A stretch of 64,000 nucleotides of DNA, taken from Sphaerodactylus townsendi. Lineage: Eukaryota. Position numbers and translations under genes: made by a program. The DNA lies in contig NC_059430.1 in the NCBI RefSeq assembly GCF_021028975.2, forward strand, positions 94,550,001 to 94,614,000. The letters run 5' to 3'. Within the stretch, counting starts at the first letter, position 1. Each line of letters begins with the position of its first letter. Below the pieces are notes generated by a model that saw nothing but the letters and a program-made list of their open reading frames with translations, was not told the origin of the DNA and did no database searches. Positions 51,331-62,904 of this stretch are shown here, one piece after another.

Positions 51331-51459
51331 CAAGCCCTCTCTAGCAGGCACCAAACTACCAAAGAGGAAGGAGTAGATGGAATGACCCCATGTGGCTTTA
51401 CTTTATGCCAACATACACCTTGAAAATGCTCAGCTCTCTTTTCCCCATTCAGTTGTTCA
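51331..51459 (-). repeat. Right arm of a perfect 129-bp inverted repeat
   Basis: Exact reverse complement of 48963-49091. Confidence 0.95.
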
Positions 51460-51468
51460 AAGGATGGC

Positions 51469-51675
51469 TAGGGTTGCCAAACTCCAGATGAGGCCTGGAG
51501 ATCTCCCAGAATTATAACTTAACTCCAGATTACTGATATCAAATATCCAGGAGGAAATGAGTATTTTAGAGGGTAGACTTTACAGCATTATACCATGCTG
51601 AGGTCCTTCTCCTCCCCAAACTCCAGACTCAAGCCCAAAACCTCCAAGAATTTCCCAGTACAGTTGGCAACCTTA
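51469..51675 (+). mobile_element. TAGGGTTGCCA-family MITE
   Basis: TAGGGTTGCCAA...TTGGCAACCTTA; degenerate TSD GGATGG. Confidence 0.78.
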
Positions 51676-51930
51676 GGATGGACACTGGAGGTGGTAACCC
51701 CTAATAAACCCATGCAACACAAGTGGGTAGGTGGCCTGCAGCAGCTACCCTACTGAGACATGCCCTATGCAACTAGAGCTAATGTCCTACTTTATCCAAA
51801 GGATGCTATGATGCCACCTATTGGTCATTGCAAAGTTTGTCTGCACAGCTGACAGTGGTAGGAGTAAGTCACACATGAGTGCTGCCCTGTTGATTTTGTG
51901 TCCAACATGACATTCATCTCTGCCACACAG

Positions 51931-52117
51931 TATTTCAAGATGTCAACATCATGGTGTTTTTTGGTTTCGCCTTCCTCCTGACTTTCTTGAGACGATATGG
52001 CTTCAGCAGCACTGGATTCAGCCTTCTTCTGGCTGCCCTGGCAGTGCAGTGGGCTGTGATGGTGGACGGATTTCTGTTCCATTTCTCAAATGGGAAAGTG
52101 AGGATCAGTCTTCAAAG
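51931..52117 (+). CDS. RHCE: Rh30 coding exon 2 ([63 protein letters not shown])
   Basis: CAG acceptor, AG|GTAGT donor, 187 nt (same size as human RH exon 2). Rh motifs FQDV and FLRRYGFS. Confidence 0.95.
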
Positions 52118-53586
52118 GTAGTCAATGTGTACTGATATGCCTTTTAAAAATTGTGAGCAGCTGAGATTGAGGTGGAGAAAGGCTCCAAAAAGCCTTCCTT
52201 CTGCCTAAGGAGTTTTCCTCCAACTTTCGTAGCTGTTCCTCCAGAGGAAGAATTAGTTAAATTGGAGGAAGGCTCCTTAGATTGGAGGAAAGATTTGAAG
52301 TCAAGCCAAAAGGAAAGGAAGGATATTAGAGGGGCCAAGTATATTCCCCCCTTCCTTGCTGGCACTTCAAAGGCCAGTGGGTGGGGATGGGAGATGTTAA
52401 CCAAATAGATTTGTATGTGTCAGGGTTGCAATGGGCAAAGGCATCAATCCCCTGGCTAGCATGGAAAAAACACATTTATGGTGAGTCCTTCAGTATTTGG
52501 GATCTTAAGCCTGTGTACACCCAGGTCCAGATTCAGATCAACAACGGAGAAAATGAAGATGGAAAGACTCTCATAAAAAAGATGTTTTTATTGAAAAGCC
52601 AAATTGATCTAAGCAACATAGTAAAGCAAAAACAGCATTACAGAAAGGAAAAAATGTCAAGTAAATGCAACACAAAACCTTTGCCCAGTAAATCTGCCAA
52701 CCTACTGGAGAATGAAACTAAAAGGGCAGCAGCAAAGAAGCAATGTAAGTGTCAGGAGCTGAAACTGACAGAGGAAGGAGACTTGGAGTCAGATCTATGA
52801 AGCAGAGAAGCAGGAGACCAGCCATGAGACTGGAGTCCCAGACCAGCTACAAAAAGTGGGGCTGAGGGGTAATGCTTTATATAATCTTGCTGAGATTAAG
52901 GAAGGGGCAGGTTATTGGCAGTGGGATCCAGGAATAATAGAAGTACAATATTTTCAAGATGAATCAGACTGAAAAGAAATCCTTTGAGCGGATTTTTCTC
53001 CCTTTACATGGAGAATCTCTAAAGTGGGTTGAGAAATTCCTTGATGTTTGGGGTGGAGCCTGGGACAACAGGGTTTTGGGAGGAGAGGGGTCTTAGTGGG
53101 ATATAAGGCCACTTTGGAGCTCACCTCCAAAGAAGCCATCAGCTCTAGTGGAATTGATTTTGTTGTTTTGAGAGTAGGTGCAATTCCGAAGGATCGCCAG
53201 GCCCCACCTGGAGGTTGGCAACTCTAACTAGAACTTTTTTTAATGTTCCTCTCCTTCAAGGAGTTGGGCAGCATGCCCACAGCAACCCTGTGAAGTAGGC
53301 TAGACTAAAAGAGAATAACTGGCCCAGGACCAAACAGTGAGCTTCATGGCTGTGTGGGGATTTGAACCTGGGTATCTCCAGTCCTAGTGTAATCATCACT
53401 CCAGTGTAATTCCAACAGTTGTATGAAAAGGCTCAATTCTCTCCTTTACTGCTGAGAAAAGGAAAAGATAAAAGGATTTCCTTGCAGACATATTCTGCTT
53501 TGGGATCAGAAACAGGTGTAGTCTGGGGTAATTGGACAGACATAAAGTCCCATTGCTGAATGATCACTGAATCCAGTTTGTCATGT

Positions 53587-53819
53587 ATTGTCGAAAACTT
53601 TCACGGCCGGACTCAACTGGTTGTTGTGGGCTTTCCGGGCTGCGTGGTCGTGGTCTGGTAGATCTTGTTCCTAGTGTTTCGCCTGCATCTGTGACTGCCA
53701 TCTTCAGAGGTGTATCACACTTCTCTCTGTGATCGATGCCAGCCACAGATGCAGGTGAAATGTTAGGAACAAGATCTACCAGACCACGGCCACACAGCCC
53801 GGAAAGCCCACAACAACCA
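53587..53819. mobile_element. Second fold-back Penelope-like element
   Basis: ~14-bp TSD CCAGTTTGTCATGT / CCAGTTTGTTATGT; inverted arms related to 50510-50764. Confidence 0.75.
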
Positions 53820-54324
53820 CCAGTTTGTTATGTTAACTTCTTGGCTGATATTCCTCAATAGCGTTGATCTCTGGACCTTCGAAAGGATGCATAGATCCCT
53901 CCTGTGTCTCTGAGAGCAATCTGCTGATACCTGGATGCAGATTCCTTGAATTATATTTTTGCACAGCTACCTGTTACATTTACAATCTCAAAATTAATGG
54001 CCTTGCCTTAGACACTCCATCTTCTTTCTCTGAACCCCTTCACAAAATAATAACAACAATAATAACAATAAATGTGTCCATTAGCTGGAGAACAAGCATT
54101 TCAGTGAGTGCATTAACCAACACATGTAGCCTATTGTGAAAGTAATTACAAATGTTGGTATCTCTGCTCCTGCTTAAGCCTCTATTGATTTCTTTTTAAA
54201 GAAAAGGGCATGCAAGATTTTTCAGTGTTCAACACTATTAGCATAGAATAGATTAACAGAATCAAGGACATCCAGCCAGTCTTGTGGGAATTACGCGAAT
54301 CTTCGTGCATTCACTCATTCAGAT

Positions 54325-54530
54325 ATTTATCTGCTGGTTTTCACCCCAATGGGAACCTAAAGCTGCTTACAGCATAATTCTCTCCTCCATTTATCCTCAC
54401 AACCTTCCTATGCAGTAGCGTAGGCTGAGAGTGTATGACTGGCCCAAGGTCACCTAATGAGCTTCCATGGCAGAGTAGGGGATTCAGACCTGGGTCTCCC
54501 AGGAGTCTGACACTTTAGCCACCATACCTC
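54325..54530 (-). mobile_element. tRNA-head SINE, minus orientation
   Basis: TCCTCACAACC...GACTGGCCCAAGGTCACC...GGATTCAGACCTGGGTCTCCC. Confidence 0.75.
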
Positions 54531-55320
54531 ACTGCCTCTCTTCTTGGCTTTACTTTAGGTCAGGAGAAGTAGCATGCAGTTTCTAAACAAGTAAAGCAGA
54601 CTCCAGCAATTTATCTGTCAAAAAGTCCTCCGTCAAAAGACAAAAAGTAGAACACAGTGATTGATCATCTCGAATAAATAGGGAGTTTCCAGTGGGTGAA
54701 TGTCTGACAAATGGGTCGGCTTAGTTGTGTATCTGGCACCAGCAGACTTCTTGATGGTCAGATTGCTTTCAATGTCCCAGGGTAAGGGAGCAGCCCACTG
54801 GGAGCACACAGAGAAATCAGGATAGACATCAAACACAAAGCCCTCCATGACAGCAAGTCTGATGGTCTGGATTCTTCCTTGGCAAGAATGTCAGAAGGCA
54901 TAGGATGGTACAAAGCGCCCTCTTTTGATGAAAGGGCGGAGGGAACAAATCCATTTGCCCAAGACTTCTGGCTACCATAAAAAATAAGGAGAAGCAGGAC
55001 TAAAAGGGGCAGATGTGTGTTTTCCAAGGAGAGATAAAGCACAATGACCACAAGGTGGATGTGTGCTTAACTCCCGCCCAGCCATCACTCCTTCACTGCA
55101 AATTCCCTCCCCCTCTTCAGTACTGGTAGAAACTCCCCTTGTAACATGTGGTTCTGCTGAGGAATGATAACCCTCTGGTAATGAGAAGGCCTCCCTTTTC
55201 TCATTCACTGGCAGAGCTAAGCAACTCATTACACAGGAAGTCTGTGGTAGAATTTCCTAACATATTTGTCTGCAGCCCTGAAGCTCATCTATGAAGTGAC
55301 TTTATAATATTAGTCTAGAA

Positions 55321-55441
55321 CAGGGGTGTCCAACTCTGGCACTTCAGATGTTCATGGACTACAATTCCCATCAGTCCAGGCCATGCCAGCAGGGGCTGAT
55401 GGGAATTGTAACATCTGAAGCACCAAAGTTGGACACCCCTG
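55321..55441. mobile_element. Palindromic hAT MITE
   Basis: CAGGGGTGTCCAAC...GTTGGACACCCCTG; perfect TSD GTCTAGAA. Confidence 0.9.
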
Positions 55442-56565
55442 GTCTAGAAGCAATAGATTGCTCTCCAGGGTCTAACGGAGAAAGGTCTTTCCCAGTAGCT
55501 ATTCCCCAAGATCTTTTTCATAAAGCCAGAGAGGCCAGGCAGGACTACTACCTGGAGATCTATACACAAAGCCACTAAGCTATCGTACTCCCTGCCATAA
55601 CGAAAGAGTTCTCAATTTGATGTGTCCATGGGACAGAGCGTCTGTTGGGTGCTTTACCTTTTACCTGGGTATCTTTTGCTATCTGTGTCCCCAGCATTAT
55701 CTGTTCCTTCTGCTGGGGGGGGGGGAAGGGGGAGTAGCTGTCCTAGCGCCACTGATTTGATCAAAAGTGAATTAAATTTGAAATACTAAAAAAGAAACCA
55801 TGGAGCTCTCATGCAAGTTTAGCATTTGTGCCTGACCCCGCTCAGGATTTGTGGAGGGGAGGGGGGGGGGACATAATGGGATGGGAGAGCTAACCTGTCA
55901 GACACTGTGGGTCCCTAGAGGGGAGAAAAGTGATGCAGAAATATCTAAATAACTACATAGATAATAGAGAAGATGAGGGACATACAAGTAATGGAATGAA
56001 ATACAATGGGAGTGTTGTTCGAGGTGTGCCCTTAGGGTGGAACTGGATATTGCTAGAGATACGTGGCCACTACTGAACACAACAGCTTTGTGCCTTTCCT
56101 CTGCAGTGTTTAGCAAACAAAAAGGTGAATAATCTGATTTCAATCTACTTCAGACTTCCCTCCACCTATGGATACCAGCCAATGACTTGGTGCAAGGGTG
56201 GCAAAATTCAAAACAAAACAATGGCATTTCCCTCGTTTCCACTGATAAGAGAAAAAGAAGAGCAAGCTTGTTTTCAGCAGCAGCCTCCTATGATGTCCAT
56301 GTCTGCTGTCAGCCTCTGACTGATTTGTCCTTGTTCTCTCAGTAACAGTGTGCTGCCAGGAGAAGACGAGGGGACAATAGCAAATCACATGCCCCAAGCC
56401 AGGGCTGCAGGCTTAGAAAACAGGGCAGTGGGTTAAAGAAAAGGAGTCAAACAATGCTTTAAAGTCCAGTTTTCTCTCCCTCTCTGCCTGATCTGTAGAA
56501 AAAAATCTCTTCCAGGCTCCAAAGCAATGCTATTTTTTTCTTTTCCTGTTGTTCCTCTCTGAAAG

Positions 56566-56716
56566 CATCTTAACAGCTGTTATGAGCATCCCCACGGTGT
56601 TGATTTCAGCTGGAGCTGTCCTTGGGAAAGCCAATCCGATCCAATTGATCCTGATGGCTCTGATAGAGGTGACCGTTTTTGCTGCTAACCGATGGATTGC
56701 TATGGATGTTCTGCAG
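56566..56716 (+). CDS. RHCE: Rh30 coding exon 3 (ILTAVMSIPTVLISAGAVLGKANPIQLILMALIEVTVFAANRWIAMDVLQ)
   Basis: Long pyrimidine tract + AAG acceptor, CAG|GTACAG donor, 151 nt (same as human). GAVLGK motif. Confidence 0.93.
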
Positions 56717-57924
56717 GTACAGTAGCCCTCACCACAACAGAGATGTGGCACAAATGAAAAAGGATTCAGCCTCAGCTTTCAAAGTTCTTTTCAACTTGGG
56801 AGTTAATTATTGGCACCTGGGTTGCTCTGTTTTCACTCTCTCTTGCCTCTAATAATATATTATTATATTATTAGCAGGACAGTTTAGTTGGACCAACCTA
56901 CATGGGATACTGAAAATCTGCATCTGGAACTCAAATGTGTAATTTGGTCCTTCAAAAAAAGGTCATTCAGCTGGAGGCGAAATGTTAGGCTTGTCAGCCC
57001 TTCACTAATAATAGGTTCCCTCTTATGGGGGCAAAGTCTTACAAAATCAGTCACACAACTCTAGGAATTCCCCTGGTCCCTGCAGTAAAGGTCACAGAGA
57101 TTTAGGGGATTACTAGAGCATTGTTCAGCATGTTGGTGTCACTTTTGGGTCTCCGTCTGGAAGTGACATCACTACAACCACTGCCATTCCCCCACTACCA
57201 CTCCTGTGTATATCTGTGGGGAACAGGGGAGCACAGGCAGAGGGTTGCTCATTAATAGTAGGCAAACAGGATCCCTGTCTAATATGGATCGAGGCCACAA
57301 CTCTTAGGAGGGGGAGGAGTGACTCTTTGCCACCTTGAACTATTTCCACAATTGAAAATCCCCCTTCTCAGGCTGCTTTTAGCCTGATTTTTTCCCTACT
57401 AGAGCCTAATAGGCGAAGAGGTGTGGAAAGGTAGGGCGTAGTTTCCCCTCCCTTTGTCACTGGGTGAAGGGGAATAGAGTGAGCTCAGCAATGTGATAAA
57501 ATGGCGCCAAGGAGGAAATTCAGGGATGGCACAGAAGCATGGAAAATATAGTAATTAGATCACATGGCAAGTGAAAACATTTTGAAAACGTTTTAGGGTG
57601 CAGGATCATTTAAAAAGGGGATTCATTTAAAACATTGTGAGGCTGGAAATAAAACAGATAACAGTGTAGAACTCCATTGAGGAAAAGTCTTATTTCCTGC
57701 CTCAAAACGTTTTAAAAGGTTTGTGTGGCAAGGGCCTCAGTTTCTCCCTGTCCAGAAAGTTTCTTCTTGTCAACTTTCCCATCCCTTACTCTACTGAGGC
57801 TCCTCACCTCCTTAAACTCCACCTTCCTCAGGCTCTATCTCCAAGTCTTAGGAATTTCCCAACCCAGAGCTGGCAATTCTCCTCCCATGTTATGTCTGTT
57901 TCAGTCCTTAGAGTCACTCTAGGA

Positions 57925-58026
57925 CCGCGGTGGCGAACCTATGGCACGTCAGATGTTCATGGACTACAACTCCCATCAGCCCCTGCCAGCATGGCCAATT
58001 GGAGTGCCATAGGTTCACCACCACTG
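57925..58026. mobile_element. hAT MITE (internally deleted)
   Basis: Perfect TSD CTCTAGGA (57917-57924, 58027-58034); GGTGGCGAACCTATGGCAC / GTGCCATAGGTTCACCACC. Confidence 0.88.
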
Positions 58027-58242
58027 CTCTAGGATCTAACCTCCCATTATATTTTACCTAAGCGCAACTAAATGTTTTCCTGACATTCAGTGCTGGGAAC
58101 TCAAATCTGAGACATACACAGGACCAGTCTGGATTGGGGCCACAGTATATGGGGAGAAGGTGTTTATGCCTCCCCTCCACCCCGCTCCCCCACTGTTTTC
58201 CTGATTCAATAACACTGGAGAGTGTTATTTGTACCATTAGGG

Positions 58243-58428
58243 TAGCAGTTCTCAATCTGTGGGTCGCGACCCCTTTGGGGGTCGAATGACCCTTTCACAG
58301 GGGTCACCAAAGACTCTCTGCATCAGTGTTCTCCATCTGCAAAATGGATAAATGTTAGGGTTGGGGGTCACCACAACATGAGGAACTGTATTAAAGGGTA
58401 GCGGCATTAGGAAGGTTGAGAACCACTG
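58243..58428. mobile_element. SPIN (Space Invaders)/URR1-like hAT MITE
   Basis: GTGGGTCGCGACCCCTTTGGGGGTCGAATGACCCTTTCACAGGGGTC and GGTTGGGGGTCACCACAACATGAGGAACTGTATTAAAGGG...GGAAGGTTGAGAACCACTG match recalled SPIN/URR1 ends; TSD CATTAGGG/CATTAAGG. Confidence 0.85.
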
Positions 58429-59219
58429 CATTAAGGAAACCTTGCTGAATTCCACCAGTACATGTAAAGCCCCCATTAGGGCATATGGTGCCCCCAGGGT
58501 CATTGCAGGTCCAAGAAAATGGAAGGGGTGGGGTGGGGTGGCTGAAGCCTTTTTCTTTTGTGTGCCATGGTGGGGTCTGGGGATCACCAAGAATTGCAGC
58601 TGATCTCCAGGCGACAGAGATCAATTCACATGGAGAAAATGACTGTTTTGGAAAGAGGATTTTGTGGCATTATAAACTGCTCAGGCTCCTCCGTTCCCTT
58701 CCTAAACCACACCTTTGTCAGGCTCCACCCCAAAATTTCCAGGATTTTCCCACCCCGGAGCTGGTCACCTTAGCCGTGGCACCAATCCAGATCAGATCTT
58801 GTGTATTTGGGAATTGAGCTCCAAGCGGCAAACTCCCTGTTGTGCAAACTCAGGAGAGAAGCGTATCATGTCATTAGGCCCTTATTTTCACATGTTGACT
58901 TGAATGTACCTTTTGTCACCCACATGTTACCCCCTCCCATACTCCCACCATGCCTGGTTCACTCATGCAGGTGAATCAAGTGATAGAATACCACGGTACT
59001 TGAGGGGTAGGAAGGACCTTTGGAGAGCACAAGTGGAAGGGGAGGGCCACACTGTGAAAGGCTCTTCGGTGATGAACACCCTGCAAATAGAAAACCGGCT
59101 CAGCAGGCCAAGAGAGGAGGCAGAGCTTTTCTTCCCATTTGGCCTGTTTCAGTGCACTGGCATACAGAGTAAAGGGACGAATGCAGGATAAATTCAGCAC
59201 ATGAGAAATGTATGGGGAT

Positions 59220-59438
59220 TATGGTTGCCAGCTCCAGATTGGGAAATACCTGGAGACTTTGGGGGTGGAGCTTGAGGAAGGTGGGGTTATGGAGGGGCGG
59301 GACTGCCGTGGGGTGTAATGCCGAGGAGCCTACCTTCCAAAGTGACCATTTTCTCCACCTGAACTGATCACTGTTGCCTGGAGATCAGTTGAAACAGCAG
59401 GACATCTCCAACCACCACCTGGAGGTTGGCAAACCCTA
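59220..59438 (-). mobile_element. TAGGGTTGCCA-family MITE
   Basis: TATGGTTGCCAGC...GGTTGGCAAACCCTA; homologous to the other copies. Confidence 0.78.
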
Positions 59439-59587
59439 ATTGGAAGAGGGTAACCTACAGGAATCAGACAAAGAGTGAGGGATGAGTTAATCACACCCTG
59501 TAGATTATGACTCCCCTGCAAGGGTTCCATTTGTTCACAGTATCTCCATATCTGGCTTTGAATAAATTTTATCTTTATCAATGGCAG

Positions 59588-59735
59588 GTGGAAAACCACT
59601 TAAGCTTGATGTACGTCCATTTGTTTGGGGCTTATTTTGGGCTGATGTTAGCCTGGTGGCTGTATCATCCATCCCTGAGCCAGAAAGCGGAGAAGGAGAC
59701 CTCAAAGCCAGCTTCCCATTTGTTTGCAATGCTAG
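59588..59735 (+). CDS. RHCE: Rh30 coding exon 4 (VENHLSLMYVHLFGAYFGLMLAWWLYHPSLSQKAEKETSKPASHLFAML)
   Basis: CAG acceptor, G|GTAAGT donor, 148 nt (same as human). FGAYFGL motif; ORF 59507..59767. Confidence 0.96.
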
Positions 59736-60117
59736 GTAAGTCCCTCGATTGTGCAGTTGGGGGGTAATTAAAATGTTGATTTGGTTTCCTTAGAATGTAA
59801 TGTGGTGGAGAAGGAAGGACTCTTCTCTGGGAGGTTCTTAGGTTGCAGCAAGCCCCAGTTACTTTTGCGCTCCTCAGACCTGCCCCTTGAGCTGTCTTCT
59901 TCGGAGAAATCTTCCTTCCAGGTCAAACTGGGATCAGGGCAATACCTGACAGCCACTGGGAATGTTGTTTTTTTAGGAGTAGTTGGTGTTGGTGGTTTCT
60001 AATGTAGCTGCTTTTATCTGCTCACATTCTTGTAAAGCTGCTTTGATTATAAAAGCAGCAGATAAATAGAGTAAATAACCAAAAGAGAGAAAAAGCCAAG
60101 GATCTATTCCACAATGG

Positions 60118-60370
60118 GAAGAGCCAGTATGGTGTAGCGGTTAAGAGGGCCGGATAAGTGTCTGGAACATCTAGATTCGAAACCCCACTGGTGCCATGGA
60201 AGCTTGTTGGGTGACCTTGAGCCAGTCATTCGCTTCCAGCCTAACCTACCTCACAGTGTTTTTGTTGCAGATATAAAATGGAACAGGAGAGAACAATGTT
60301 GTCAGCAATACAGGGGGCAGGGGGGAATGAGGTGTGAATATCGAAATAAGTGGATAAGTAAATAAGTAAA
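60118..60370 (+). mobile_element. tRNA-head SINE
   Basis: TGGTGTAGCGGTTAAGAG...GATTCGAAACCCC; CCTAACCTACCTCACAG core; (TAAA)-like tail. Confidence 0.78.
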
Positions 60371-61397
60371 CTTTTCCTCTGTGTGGTTTTGTCCAGTAAA
60401 ATGACCCCCAGATGCTGTTATTAGCTGTCCAATAAAGAAAAACAAGCCCTTCAGACTTCCTCTCTTCCCTTCTCCACCCTCGGTCCCTGATCCAAATTGG
60501 GCCCTTGTGCACCTTTTTTAAATGCTGGGAGGATTCTCTTAGCATCCTGTGTAGCCTGATCCTGCAGCAGAAGGACAGAAGAAGGAAGAAAAAGATCAGG
60601 AGCATTTCTGGGAGCAGCCTGAAGCCAGCTCCTTTCTTTGATAGACATGCCTGTGGAACAACAGTTTGCTGTTTGCACCGCCTCTTCCGGCTGCAGTCCA
60701 TACGACCTCACATGCCTAAAATAAATTACAAGCCACTAGCACCTGTTGTTTCTTTGTAAGGGTAATATTGCTGAGCAAGATATATTTACTCTGTTGAGGC
60801 TGGATTCCTCTTTCTGTGTGTGTAAACATAGAGCAGTCTGGCTCACTCTTGGCATGTAGAGAGACAACACAAGACCAAGGGCAACACGGGAAAATAGCAA
60901 ACAGGGATCCCTGCAAGTAACATGATCTTCAGCTGTATCTATCTCAATGTGGGGTCTGGAGTTCCCAAGTAGTGTCCCAATGACAAAGGTCAGTTCCCTT
61001 GTAGAAAACGGCAGATTTCGAGGACAGGCTGTATGATACATCATCAAATCTAGGAGAAACAGAATGCCTAGAGTGCCATGTCGCTGCTGAGTTCCTTCTG
61101 CTCTTGAGACTCTGCCCTCAAAGGCACCCCAACCCAATTGCCAGTAATTTCCTAAGCCAGAGTGGGCAACCCTAATTAATGCATTTGATGGAGAGAGGAG
61201 GTGACCATTTCCACAGATTCTCCCCTCCCACTGAGCCTCATCATGACATTTCGTCTGGAAAACAAGCCAGTGCTTCATATTTGCTCACCAGCAATAGAGA
61301 CCAGGGACTCAGGATTAGATAACCTCCACTCTAGTTAGGGCTGTCAACATCCAGGTGGGTCCTGGAGACCTCCAGATAATGGAAAACAGTTTCCTTG

Positions 61398-61677
61398 GAA
61401 GAAGAAGAGTGGATTTATACTCCACCTTTCTCTCCTGTAAGGAAACTCAAGGTGGCTTACAAGCTCCTTTCCCCACAACAGATACGTTGTGAGGTAGGAG
61501 GGGCTGAGAGTTCCGAAGAACTGTGACTAGCCCAAGGTCACCCAGCAGGAATGTAGGAGTGCCGAAACACATCTGGTTCACCAGATAAGCCTCCGCCACT
61601 CAGCTGAAGAAGTGGGGGAATCAAACCTGGTTCTCCAGATTAGAATCCATTTGCAATTAACCACTACACCACACTGG
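61398..61677 (-). mobile_element. Squam3-like SINE inserted into a TAGGGTTGCCA-family MITE (61336-61800)
   Basis: GAAGAAGAAGAG tail and TAACCACTACACCA head on the minus strand; the host MITE sequence resumes GGAGAAAATGCCTGCTTTGG. Confidence 0.8.
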
Positions 61678-61888
61678 AGAAAATGCCTGCTTTGGAAGTA
61701 GGCTCTAATGGCATTGTAACCTGCTGAAGTCCCTCCCCAAACCCCCCTCCCCCCTCCCAAGGTCTCCTTGCATTTCCCAACCCACAGCTAACAACCCTAA
61801 CCCATTCAGGATAATAGCGTACATTGCATGAGCTTTGCCTTGAAAGGACATATTCTCAGTTCTTTGCATCCTGCATCAAAGACAAATT

Positions 61889-61969
61889 TGAAGGAGGATT
61901 ATGGGGTTTTTTGTTTGCCAAGAAAGCAAATGAAGGAGGATTATGGGGTTTTTTGTTTGCCAAGAAAGC
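61889..61969. repeat. 42-bp period direct duplication
   Basis: TGAAGGAGGATTATGGGGTTTTTTGTTTGCCAAGAAAGC occurs at 61889 and 61931. Confidence 0.9.
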
Positions 61970-62904
61970 CCCCCAAAACTAGTTGAATAAATTGTACTCA
62001 TGATCTTGTTGGTCTGAATTCAGCCAGCTACTAATACTGACTCATGACAAGAAAAATGTCAGTCATTTCTGAGGGTTAGGATGAGTGGTGTATACACTGC
62101 AAGGACTGATTCCAGGGCAGAGAGGGATGTGGTGGATTGAACTGAAAATTTCAGGGGTATACCTAAAGAGGCCCTTTGCAGGCAGGGCATCTATGGATCT
62201 AACTGCAGGTTCTGGATCAAATCCAGAGTGTCTCTATGTATTCTTTAAAACAAAACAAAACCAGCAGTTTCATCATGGCATTAACAGGATCTTTCAAGAG
62301 ACTGGCTTGCCTACCAGCCTTTTGTCTTTTCAGAAACATTGGTCGAGGCCCACATAAATCATACAGGTTTCTCTCTCTGAGAACTCCCATTCATGCTGAC
62401 AGCAGTTTCAGATAGTAGGATAAGGAGAAAGGAGAATTGACACAGGTGCCATTGAAGTCATTGGGGCTAGAGTTTTCAAGGCCAAGATACTGAGGAAGAA
62501 GTTTTGCCTAAATATTTCATCTTGCTAGTGCGAGGACCCCGGGGTTGGAGAAGGTGCCTGCATTCTGTCCTCAACACAACCTTGTGAGGTAGCTTAAGCA
62601 GAGGGAGAATGACAGGTCCAAGGTTACATAGCAAGAAGGATCTCCCAGGTTCTAGTCTAGCACTCAAACCACTACATAGCAACAGTGAGTTTGATGGCAT
62701 CATTAATGGAGTTTTGAGGCTGCAGGATTTCAGCCTGTAAATGGCAGCCTCTTGGTGGCTGACCTATAATATTGGCTTTGTACATAGTTGGTGTGGGTGG
62801 ATATTGAAGTGAAGAGGGCTGCCTACAGAAAGACTTTGAAGAGTTGAAAGGTTTGCAAGGGCAGTGATGACAACTTTTCCTCTTGGGGTGGGGGAATCTA
62901 CCAG

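Noticed and set aside
60246-61278. 151-aa and 180-aa minus-strand ORFs in RH intron 4
   Set aside because: No recognisable domain, partly overlap SINE/MITE fragments, and no consistent splice structure.
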